Shown: positions 52,208 to 64,000 of the stretch, piece by piece
How the letters are laid out: the number at the start of each line of letters is the position of its first letter
How positions within the stretch are numbered: position 1 is the stretch's first letter
Assembly: GCA_035084275.1 (NCBI GenBank)
Contig: CM068775.1
Span: 868,001-932,000 of the forward strand
Direction: 5' to 3'
Length of the DNA: 64,000 bases
Origin: Hydrolagus colliei
Taxonomy: Eukaryota
The notes under the pieces: generated by a model
Database searches by the model: none
What the model saw: the letters and a program-made list of their open reading frames with translations, nothing else
What the model was told of the DNA's origin: nothing
Position numbers and translations under genes: made by a program

Positions 52208-52592
52208 AGTTGTACATTCATAGCCCTGGTTATCCCCATTTCTGTAACCGAGTCCTGTAGCTGAGTGATTAGAGCATTCACCAAGTGACACATCTGTGTT
52301 CAATTCCAGGCAGGTCAGGGCTAACCTTCAGCAAGTTTCCTTACTCCACCATTGGTAATAATCCATCATCAACAATTAATAAAATTGATCATTTCAATCC
52401 ATGATAGTTTGTAGGACACGGAAACACACAATTAGCTCTCGCCTTTCGCCCACAAATACAAAGTCATTTCACTTTGCCGTATATTCTTTGAACTGATTTG
52501 AGATTTCTAGAAGACATGATAAGCCACTATACAAAATGCCAATTGAACTAGTCTCTTCACAATTTCCAGACCATGAAAACAAATAGAATTAC

Positions 52593-52662
52593 CTGGAATT
52601 GCAAATGCTACCAGAATGGGGTAGTAAATAGCTGCTATAGCATACACTGTTGGGAATTCCAT
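52593..52662 (-). CDS. GPCR copy 2, exon 1
   Basis: Same 70-nt exon and donor G|gtaatt as copy 1. Confidence 0.85.
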
Positions 52663-55020
52663 GCCCTGATTTACACTCTGGTGTAACACTGGTTTTCCTG
52701 CTGAATTGGAGGCTTCAATCAACTCACTGAGATCACACTGAGAGAAATTTGTACTTATAGTGAATATGATGGTACAACTTGAATAATGATTGTAATTAAT
52801 GCGATTAATTCCAGACCAGTGAATAAACAACAGTGTTTTCATATGAGAATTGCACTCTGCTATGTAAACAGAGGTGTGTGGCTCAAGGAAACTTGCAAAA
52901 TGTTTCATCCTGCTGGGAAACAAATCCAGGTCACTGGCTTACTTGGTGAGTGCTCTAAACACTGAGAGACATGACTGCACAATATGAAATTTTGGGGGCA
53001 AATTAGTTTTTTAATTGAAAATGTAAAAAAAACATTATATTTCCTGAACCCTTTCCAAATACCGCGCTATCTTGGCCTCATAGTACTGTAATACACAATA
53101 GGAATCCACAGAGTCAGAGAATCCTCTGTCTAATCATGATAATGCAACCACTTTACGCAACTAAGTACTTTTGCATTTCTACTGTCAGCGATTGTCAGTG
53201 AATCGGCAGCTGTGGCTTCTTTGTTATCTTTGATTATTACAATCCTTCCTTGTGATATAGTGCCCTTTCATATCTTCTAGAATACAAAGTAACATATTTA
53301 TTGACTGTATATTGGTGGATGAAATAAGGCAGCCAATTGCTCGCAGCTGTATCCCACAAACGATAGTGGATTGAAATGACCAAATTTCTTATTGTTTTTT
53401 GTGAGGGATTATTACCAGGCGTGTGGAGTGAGGAAACGTGCCCAAGTTTTCACCCTGACCCTCTGGGAAGCACAACCACATATCTCACTTTTAAGACAAG
53501 TACACCAACCACTGAGCTACAGAACTCCACATCGAGCCACAGAAATTTACATCAAATGTTGATTTTCTATAAGTAAACAATGAAATATATCCGGTATTTA
53601 TGTATCAAAGTTTCTTAATGAAATATATCTATAATTATTCCCTATAATAACATCTTGTCAGCTGGGTGTCACAAAACCATTATCAAGCTTAAAGCAAGTT
53701 AGTGAGGTCCATACTACCCACACATGGGAATTGCTATGTTTGGAATGGAATGAACAAGCTTTACCAGGAGGACACATCCCGTTTACCTGATTCCAGACAG
53801 TATTTGGATCAGGTCAGCAAGACCCAAAGCTGAGGAACCAGAGTGTGAGCTTTGGGGAACTGCTGGAGTTTAACCAACTGAAACCACAGAGCTGAGAATT
53901 GAAAGCAACCTCTGGTGTGTTTGTAATCTGTTTGAATATTTCAGGAAAAGGATTGGTGATGGAAACAACAACAATTAATAATAATACTTGCATTTGTTAT
54001 TGCATTTTCACATCTTATCAACGTCCCAAATTGCTTCACAGAATGTACTGGAAAGTGAATTGACTGTATATTTTTGGGTGAATCACAGCAGCCAATTGCA
54101 CTCAGAATCGTCCCACAAACAGTCGTGGAATCAAATGACCAATTTTTATTATTGTGATTTTTTTTGGACGGATTATTATTAGGCACATGGAGTAAGGAAA
54201 CTTGCCCAAGGTTTCGCCCTGATCTGACTGGATTCAAACACAGTTCTCACACTCTAACCACTGAGCTACAGGGCTCCACATATGTATTACATATGTATAG
54301 AGCCACTCACATTGGGACGACATTCCAACACTATTGAAGGGAAGAAATCTGTTTCTTTCGTTACGACAACAGGTGTTGTGATAAATAATATTTATATATC
54401 ACCTTTACTTGCACAAATGTTTCGCCTACTGATGAAATATGTCTGCCCCATCCCTTCAATGTCACCAATGGTGTTGCCCTCTATTGACAAGGCACCAGCC
54501 TCTGGAAATCTATCTCAGTGTCTCCACCATGATCATTTACTGTGACTGNNNNNNNNNNNNNNNNNNNNNNNNNNNNNNNNNNNNNNNNNNNNNNNNNNNN
54601 NNNNNNNNNNNNNNNNNNNNNNNNNNNNNNNNNNNNNNNNNNNNNNNNNNNNNNNNNNNNNNNNNNNNNNNNNNNNNNNNNNNNNNNNNNNNNNNNNNNN
54701 NNNNNNNNNNNNNNNNNNNNNNNNNNNNNNNNNNNCACCTCATTTGATTACAAATAATCTCTCACGTTTCCCCCAGGATTATTGTATGAATACACCGTTT
54801 GACTCATGATCAGCAAAAAAAATTACATTCAGGACCTCCTCAACTCAAACAACCGACCACCTCAGCTTTCAGGGCACTGAGAGAATAGAGTTCCACAACA
54901 AGTGAGGTTAGAAAAGTATTGATTATGCCAGAAATCATGATTGTGGAGTCCTGTAGCTCACCTTGTTAAAGAGAGACCTGGGTTCTATTCCAGGCAGTGT
55001 TATGGGCCAAGTTTCCTTAC

Positions 55021-55356
55021 TCACCACACCTCTGTGTACGAAATGTAGAGCAGCCATTCCAGCCCCTTCCCAGGAACCTGCCGGACCCAGTTCATGCCAT
55101 ATTTGCTGAGATCAAACCTGTTGGTTCTACAGGTGAGTCTCAGGGCCTGGCCAGGCTTCCCGGTTAGAGACGACGACTGTGTCAGCACCACATCGGCCTG
55201 GACACCTGTAAAGAACAAATGACCAAAGATTAATTATTGTGAGATATCCCGGCTCTGTGACATTGCAGAGAGAATCACACACACACATTTGTCGCAATAA
55301 TAGAACTCACGGGAGAAGAGAACCAGCAACAGACTGAGAGATATCAGGGACCTCAT
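55021..55356 (-). pseudogene. VH3: leader (55356-55311) plus 5' half of VH, in frame to a stop in SINE sequence
   Basis: MRSLISLSLLLVLFSR|[31 protein letters not shown]. Truncated at 55033, the same nucleotide as VH2. Confidence 0.88.
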
Positions 55357-58300
55357 GTTTCTGGGCAATTGTCAGAACTGACCCTTGAGCCCAATAACCG
55401 AGGGACAAAGATCTGCCGGATGGACAGATGGCCTCAGTCCCCAGTGACCGCTATTTAACAAGGGGCAGTGGGGCCAGGTGTTTAGAGAATGGACCAATAG
55501 CTACAGGACTGAGGGGAGTCACGCCTCACATTCCCTTGGACCTGCACAGATCAATAATTGTGCCCTTTACATTCGGCATTGACAGCAACTTCATATTAAT
55601 ATAAGTGTCAATATTATTAGCCCCAGCACAGACCCTGAAGCCTCATGAATTGTTTTGTGATACAGTATATTGTTGAGGACATGACAAGTATGTGTGAAAA
55701 ATTAAAATATTTATTATTTCCTATAGTTTAGTGATGTTCTGATCATCTGCAGATGATTACTCCCTGTTTCCTGCTCTTTCAATCCTGATTTCACATCACA
55801 TATGGGCATGAAGGCATGAATCCTCTTGATACTTCAACTGGAATTTTGATGTGGATATATTGATATAACAAATATTATGTTCCTGGCAATTTTAATCTCT
55901 TTCTTTCTATTTGATCACTTGTTGATGTGTCCTTACTCCTACTTTCCTCTCTGTTCTCTTACATTTGAGGAAGTCTATCTTATTGTCTGTGTCGATGTCA
56001 AACGTGGCCACAATAATTATCTCCGGATTGGAAGATAATGGGAATGAATTCAGCCTTCAGTCCACTTATAATAATAATCCTCTCTGTTCTCAGTCCCTGC
56101 ATTTACTGTAATCACAAGCTTGATTGGTTATGAAATAGTGCAATGGTGGTGAACGGTTTGATGTGGCGGCTCATGATTTCAAGCCAGACATGAAATGTTC
56201 TCTTGGGGTGAGAAGCCAGGTGGGGAGGGCTGCTGGTGCAGTGGGAGCCCAGTGTAATGTCAGACCAGTCACACTCCTTCAGGACAAGGGGGAGAAGGAA
56301 ACTTGGAAGAGATAACATGAGGCTTGTATCAGAAGTGGTTTCAGTCATTTATTATTATTTTATTATCTTGATCGCTTATTATCAGAAGTGTGGTGTAAGG
56401 AAACTTGCTCAAGGCTTTGTCCTGCCAGGTATCAAACCCTTGTCTCTGGCTTGCGAGTTGAGTGCTCTAACCCCTGAGCTACAGGACTCAACTTTGAGAC
56501 ATGAGGATCCACCGCTGAATATTGAATTCTCCTTTGGGCACTGGATCTGGAAACTGTACAAGATCTACAAGGCCTCCTATCTTACAGCAAACCTGTGAGC
56601 ACAACATCAATCCCGCATGGCAGGTAACTTATCATCACTGAGGATTCCTGTAGCTCAATGGTTGGAGCCCTCGACTGTCAAGCGTGAGACCTGTGTTTCA
56701 ATTCCATGCAGGGCGATGCCTTGGGCAAGTTTCCTTACTCCACATGTTGAATAATAATGCATCCCAAAGAAACCTATAACAATTTGATTGTTTCAATCCA
56801 GGACATTGCTTTGTGCAATTAGCTGCCGTGTTTCGCCAACAACTATAGAGTCAATCCAATTTACAGTATATTCTGTCAAACGCTTTGAGACACAGTTTAG
56901 AAGATGTGAAAAGCTCTATATCAAATCCAAGTATTTTTGTTACTCATGGCTCATAGACAACAAGACACAGAACAGCTCCATGGTCACATCACAAAATATT
57001 CCGGCTTTGCTAAAAAAAAACTTTTCTGTCGTATTATTACATAAAACAATCAATAAGAGAGGCTGGATTTCCTGATCAATTAACAGAAATATGGATAGTC
57101 CTGTGTCACTTATTTCGTTGATGTTTAGGCTTATTTTTCTGACTTTGAGTTTACAGGAAATGATAATTTGCAGATGTTATAGAACAGATGTTTAAGTTGC
57201 AGATCAGCTCATTTGCAAAACCCTACACAAGATGCTGCTGTTTGTATCTAAAGACTTCTTGCTGGAAAGACACAGGATGAGTCAAGCTGCCATCAGGTGG
57301 GGCAGAAACTCACAGCACAATTGTCAGGAAGCAGCTGTGATTGTCTGCAGTCAATCAGTGATCAGCTTCCTGCCCTCACACCACAGAGCCCACAGCCTGA
57401 CCTTTCATACATTATTGCCCTTCACTCCAACAGCAACAACATCAACAGCAGCTGTCAAGTCTTCTCAAGTGGCTGTGATTGGTAAATCAGTAATGGTAGA
57501 ATAAAAAGTAAAATTAATAGATAAAATGTGTTCAATCATAGAATTATACATCACTGGAGGAGGCCATTCAGCCCATTGTGTCTGAATTCCTCTCTCCTTC
57601 ACAAATCTATCAATCTCAGTCTTGATACACAATGACCATTGGGAGGGCTCCTGTGGGAGGACTCTGTGCTTTAAAGATGTCATTTTGTTGTTGTTGTCAC
57701 TGTTGAGCTTTGTCTGTGCAGGACGCCACAGCGCCACAGTCAGCGGGTGTGGCCACCAGGTGTAACTGCAGTGTGTGCCCACAGTATGTGCTCTGTGATG
57801 CCCGGTGTCACAGACACACTTTTACTGGGCGGCCACCACAACAACAAAGTGACATTATAGAGAACATTTCATATCGGGAGGACGTCCCAAGGGGCTGAAC
57901 AGTCAGGTCAGGACCTGAGCTGGGAAGAGGGGCAATTTAGGGGGAAGGAGTGGAGAGAGTTCGGAGGGGCAGGAGAGAGATAAGAAAGGAGGGAGAGAGT
58001 TGGGCGAGCAAAAGAAGGCACATTCAAAGAGGAGACTCTTGAGACCAGCATTGATGGAGGCGAGGGAGGGAGCGAGGTTGAAGGGAATCTGTCACTGTTA
58101 CTACATTTGGAATGAAACAGTACATCATTGATATCTCCTCATAATGTAAGGGTTATTTAGTCCTGTGATGTCCTGGTGAAATACAGAATGACGCAAGTGT
58201 TGTGCAGAAAAACATGAATGTTAATACAGATTAGTAATATTCATAACTAATTAAAAGTATACATCACAAAAATGCTTCTATATTGACCTACAGCTCACAA

Positions 58301-59957
58301 GGATTTAAGTTGAACAAACCAATGTTGCCAAAGAGATGGAGGAATAATGTCCAATTTATGTTTAATTTCATGTCCACCAAAAGGTATTCAGGCACAGCAG
58401 CCCTTTCAATCAGCAAAACAATATCCCAGTACAGCAGCACTGTTACATAGTTTGGGAGCATCAGTAAAGGTGTTGACAGTTTTCTAAGACTTAACAACAA
58501 CAACAACAACAATAAATTAGACTTATAGAATGCCTTTCACGTCAGGAGGACGTCCCAAGGCGCTGCACACGAGTTGTGTGACCCGAGCTGGGAGGGGAGG
58601 GGAGTGTTCGGGAGTTGGTAGAAAACGTGGGGGAGGTCGAATAATTCGGGGGGTAACAGAAGGCATGGTCGAAAAGGAAATTCTTCAAACCGGCCTTGAA
58701 AGAGGAAAGGGAGGAAACAAGGTGGAGAGATTGGGGGATGGAATTCCATGGAGTGAGAGCAGAGAAACTGAAGGCCCAGCCTCCGATGGTGGGGCGGTTC
58801 GGGCGGGGGGCTTGGAGCAAACCAAGTCCTGCTGAACGGAGGGTCTGGATGGGCTTATAGGGGGAGAGTAAATCGGATAGATAGTGTGGGCCAAGGCCGT
58901 GTAAGGCCTTGAAAACGAGGATAAGGATCTTGAACTCGATCCTCTGGGGGATGGGGAGACAGTGGAGACGGGCGAGGATGGGGTCATGGAAGCCGGTGCG
59001 GGACAGTTACACGGGCTGCAGAGTTTTGGATGACCTGCAGCCTGTGAATGGAGGAGCTGGGGAGGCCAACGAGGAGAGAGTTTCCGTAGTCCAGCCATGA
59101 GTTGATGTACGCGTGCACGAGTGTTTTGGCAGCGTGGGGGGTGAGGTAGTTGCAGAGCCTAGCAATGTAGCGCAGGTGGAAATAAGCAGTGCCGATCAAG
59201 GCACGGATGTCGGGGAGGAAGGATAGTTTATGGATGAACGTGATGCCGAGGTTCCTGACTGGCGTTGTGAGGTGGAGAGTACAGCCTTGGATGTTGAAGC
59301 TGGCAGCGCCTGATGTGCGGAGGCGCTGCCTTGAGCCAATCAGGAGGTATTTGGTCTTGCTCACATTCAATTGGAGGAAGTTGTCCCTCGTCCAGGACTC
59401 AATGTCGGACAGGCATGCTGTCACACCATCGATGGTCTGACTTAGTCTTGACTGTTCCTTCTTCAGACACTGCGATATCGTGACTCCAAGTTCCACAAAC
59501 TTCTTTTCTTTCTTCTTCGATCCTCAATTCGATTCCCCCCTTTTATGTTCATCACATGATATTTTCACCCAGTTTCTACTGCAAGAGGGTTCCTCTGCAA
59601 AACCAAATGTTGCTCAGCTGTCTCTCCACCTGCAGACCACCTCTCCATGTGAAACACACAAATAAGGCCTGGGAAACGGTTTGTCAAACTTAACCAGTTT
59701 GTTGTCTCTTCTGCGAAGCCGGTCACAACCAGCTCCCATCATTGTGAAGCCAGCCACAACAACAACAACAAAACTACACTTGTACCGGATCCCAATAGAA
59801 GCGACTGACCAATCACACATCTCAAATATCTATTGTATATGTAATTGAGACATTAATTTAATACATTACCTACAGAGCTTACAGTAAAGTAGGAAAGTTT
59901 CCCGCTTTGTGAAGATAGTCACCAATGTAAGTGAAGTTGCACCGCGTTTGTCGCCAA

Positions 59958-60889
59958 TTACTTTCCTACCGTTTTTTCCTGCTGTTTTATCCTTAATTTA
60001 GCAATGATATGAAAGGGATAAACTAACCCTTTCTTAAACTCCTCTCTGAACTTACTCTGAGTTAACGCATATATACAGGTGTTTGCACAGCAATTCAACA
60101 TTTGCAGCATGAGTCCGGTTTCTTGGACAATATATTGGGTGCTATTGACCAATGTTTCACTATAACTATAATTGGAAAGTTGCCATATGACAGAATGTAC
60201 AACGTAAGTTGTCCACAAAACTATAAAACTGCCTGATATGGCGAACAGTAAAATTATGGATTTTCTTCGGTTTTCCAACTCGGGATCAATAGTTTTCTCA
60301 GCATTTCTCTGACCCCGCAGCCTCCTGCGGACTTTACTGGCCATCAGAATGTGTCTGATAATCATAGTGTTGAACAGGCAAATCAAAGCAAACACAAACA
60401 GTGGATTAAAAGCACGGATAAACCTTTCGAATAATTTCCAGGTGAGCAAAGTATAAATGTTTGGTTTGAAGACACAGTACCACGGGGTATTGTTAATTAT
60501 CAACTGAGGAACAAATAGAAAGTAACAGGGAATGCTGACTGAGCAGCAAATGACAGACAGAGTTACAATAACCACTGTGGCCGTTCTCTCCGTGCAATAT
60601 GTTGGTTTCAGATTTTGGCAGCAAATGGCGACATATCGGTCAAAACTGAAAGCAACAGTGAACCACAAAGACATGAGCATCGCTGCAGCCACAAAGACAA
60701 CTCTAACACTGCATAATGGAGTGTAGAATAAGAAATTTAATGGGAAATACAGATTGTTAATTTGGTTTAACAACACATCCACAACGACAACCAGGAGATC
60801 CGCGGCTGCCATGGCCACCAGATAGCGAGTGACGCATTTTGAGAGACCACAGTTTCCTCTTGAAAGGATCACTATCGCCAGCAAATTAA
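59958..60889 (-). CDS. Class A GPCR (GPR139-like) copy 3, exon 2
   Basis: Intact ORF. DRY, NTCIY. Confidence 0.92.
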
Positions 60890-63320
60890 CTGTGTGAAGG
60901 AAAGAAAATAGGAAAAATTATTCACATGAATACAGGTGTGAGATGAGGAGTTTAAGGCTGTGTCATATTTGGTTGTTTATCCTTTGAGTTGATTCAATTC
61001 CTTGAGAACATCGTCCATATCTCAAACCTTTAGGAAACCTTTCATACAGGTTCGAATTGTGGCCTTGTTGTAAGGTAGCCTGCATTAAACAATCAGCAAA
61101 ATTATTTCTCCTGATTCTTTCCAAAGTGTTACTCTTGAACCTTACCTTAGCTCACCAGCCACCTCCTGTTGCTCAAAGATCAGGTGTCGGGCGCTGAACG
61201 TACCTGGCTCAAATCTGGTCTAATGGTCCACTGGCATATCTGGCACATCAAAAACTACTTCTCTGCCCTGGTCTCCAGCAAATTGTACTTCTACTCCAGG
61301 ATAATCCAGGACAACCACAAGTTCCTATTCTCCTCAACAAACCAGCTCCTCCGCCCTTCCCCGTCCACCTCTCAGATCCTCTCCTCCAACTCCCACTGTG
61401 AGGAGATGCTGGAAGACCTTGAGTCCAAAATCGAGGGAATCCACTTAGCAGTCACCACCCTTAGAACTTTTGCCCCCACACACCACCCTCCCACACCCCA
61501 ACATCTACATATCCCTGCTCTGTGCAATTTGCCTGCTGCGTTTTGCCCACAAATAAACAGTTAATTTTCCTACTCGTCTTCATCCTGCCCCGATCCCTCC
61601 CCCCATGCTCTTGTCCCTACCAAACTGTACAGTGCCTTGGGCGGTCCTCTTGACATGAAAGGCGNNNNNNNNNNNNNNNNNNNNNNNNNNNNNNNNNNNN
61701 NNNNNNNNNNNNNNNNNNNNNNNNNNNNNNNNNNNNNNNNNNNNNNNNNNNNNNNNNNNNNNNNNNNNNNNNNNNNNNNNNNNNNNNNNNNNNNNNNNNN
61801 NNTCAGAATGGATGAGGATGGGGAGAACCTGTCTCCCCATCCTCTGTCATCACAACCGTATCTTCTATGAAGTCCACCAGCTGTTCCCTGAATCCCATCC
61901 CGACTCGACTCCTTACCACCCAGCTCCACTTCCTTACCCTACTACTTGCCGACACAGTCAACCTGTCCCTTTCATCCGGATCGTTGTCGTCCTCTTCATA
62001 ACAGCCACTATCACATCAATAAATCTTCCGGTGATATATTGCACCTATATTCTCCTGATTGGATCCTGTCAGCAACTCCACAACTGAGGCACTGGCAGCA
62101 TCGGCTTCCAAGGCTGCACTCTCCATCTCTCAAAGTCAACCAAGCCTGGGTATCTTGTTCTACCCTTAATTGTCCTGCCTCCCCCACATCAACACCACTG
62201 CAACATTGCCAGAATGCAGCAATGCCTCAACCATCAGTTTACCAAACCCATTGTCCACACATTCATCACATCAAGGCACGAATATGGAAACTCCCTCCTC
62301 ACTGTGGGTTCTGGCTCTTCCTTTCACAATCTGCAGAACATCCAGAACTTGCAGCTCATGTCCTCTCCAGCACAAAGTTCTGTGACCACATCACTCCCAC
62401 CCTTGCCCGGCTCCATTGCCTCAACATCCCCACAGGATAAAATTCAAGATTCTCCTCCTCACTTCCAAGGCCATTCATGACCTGGCCCCCTCCTATCTCT
62501 TCAATCTTCTGTCCGCTTATGAAACTACCAGACCACCCTATTCAGTGGACTCCGGTCTGCTCCATGTCCCCTACCCGACCCGCCCTACAAACAGTGCATG
62601 GGCTTTCAATATCTCTGCCCCCACACTCTGGAAGTCCATCCAACTTTCCCTGCATCTGGATTCCTCCCTTGCTTCCTTCAATGCCGGTATTCAGGGTTGG
62701 TCCTCTTCTACCATGCCTTCTGCTGCCCTCCCAACTCCCTCCCTCCCCTCCTAACTCTCTAAAGCCCAACCCCCTACCCTGCCCCACTCCCTTACTTGGG
62801 TCCCGACCTGACTGTTCGGCACCTTGGGACATCCTCCCAATGTGAAAGACGCTCTATAAACGTAATTTTGTCACATATATTTGCAAGAGAACAGAGATCT
62901 TTTGGCTCTTTGAGTTTGCACCAGCTCTCAGATCAAGTTGTACATTCATAGCCCTGGTTATCCCCATTTCTGTAACCGCGTCCTGAAGCTGAGTGATTAG
63001 AGCATTCACCAAGCGATGCATCTGTGTTCAATTCCAGGCAGGTCAGGACTAACCTTCAGCAAGTTTCCTCACTCCAACATTGGTAATAATCCATCATCAA
63101 CAGTTAATAAAATTGATCATTTCAATCCATGATAGTTTGCAGGACACGGAAACACACAATTAGCTCTCGCCTTTCACGCACAAATACAAAGTCATTTCAC
63201 TTTGCCGTATATACTTTGAACTGATTTGAGATTTCTAGTACACATGATAAGCCACTATACAAAATGTCAATTGAACTAGACTCTTCACAATTGCCATACC
63301 ATGAAAACAAATAGAATTAC

Positions 63321-63390
63321 CAGGAATTGCAAATGCTACCAGAATGGGGTAGTAAATAGCTGCTATAGCGTACACTGTTGGAAATTCCAT
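63321..63390 (-). CDS. GPCR copy 3, exon 1
   Basis: Same 70-nt exon and donor as copies 1 and 2. Confidence 0.85.
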
Positions 63391-64000
63391 GCCCTGATTT
63401 ACACTCTGGTGTAAAACTGGTTTTCCTGCTGAATTGGATGAACTCACTGAGCTCACACTGAAATAAATTTGTACTTATAGCAAAAGTGATGGTACAACTT
63501 GAATAATGATTGTAATTAATGCAATTCATTCCAGACCAGTGAATAAACAATAGTGTTTTCACGTGAGAATTGCACACTACTACGTAAACAGAGGTGTGTA
63601 GCTCAAGCAAACTTGCAAAATATTTCATCCTGCTAGGAATCAAATCCAGGTCACTGGCTTACTTGGTGAGTGCTCTAAACACTGAGATACACGACTGCAC
63701 AGTATGAAATTTCGGGGGCAAATTATTTTTTAATTGAAAATCTGAAAAAAAATCATATTTCCTAAACTCTTCCCCAATACTGCACTATCTTGTCCTCATA
63801 GTACTGTAATACACAATAGGAATCCACAGAGTCAGAGAATCCTCTGTCTAATCATGATAACGTAACCGCTTTACACAACTAAATACTTTTGCATTTCTAC
63901 TGTCAGTGATTGTCAGTGAATCGGCAGCTGTGCCTTCTTCGTAATCTTTGAATATAACAATCCTTGCATGTGTTATAGCGCCTTTTCATACCTTCTAGAC

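Larger units (their letters stand above)
30873..64000. repeat. Tandem segmental duplication, three units (A 30873-44703, B 44704-55032, C 55033 to window end)
   Basis: Colinear homology of half-VH, promoter, SINE pairs, L2 fragments and GPCR exons between units. Identical junction at 44704 and 55033. Confidence 0.92.

Noticed and set aside
1-64000. CRISPR array, rRNA or prokaryotic operons
   Set aside because: None seen; all repeats are eukaryotic retroelements, microsatellites or segmental duplications.

Overview
Eukaryotic genomic DNA, most likely from a cartilaginous fish (shark or ray). This is inferred from the IgM-type VH/JH sequences, the clustered V-D-D-J layout, CR1 LINEs with (TCTATGAT)n tails and tRNA-headed Deu-type SINEs. 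No prokaryotic features, rRNA, true tRNA or CRISPR array were seen. The window holds three separate things embedded in dense CR1/L2/SINE debris. (1) A plus-strand spliced gene at 4.66-~19 kb with a leader exon, three tandem Ig V-type exons each carrying a germline-fused J-like motif and no RSS, and two paralogous transmembrane exons, plus a possible Cys-rich terminal exon. I cannot assign it to a named family. (2) A minus-strand IgM-like VH-D-D-JH minilocus at 29.8-31.9 kb with readable 12/23 RSSs, a damaged VH, a solo LTR in the leader splice donor, and no CH exon visible downstream. (3) A tandem array of ~10-14 kb units at 30.9-64 kb, each with an intact two-exon class A GPCR gene (GPR139-like, ~333 aa). 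The duplication breakpoint lies inside the VH, so each extra GPCR copy carries a promoter-leader-half-VH remnant. Three N gaps limit some conclusions. All calls are from manual reading; no database searches were run.
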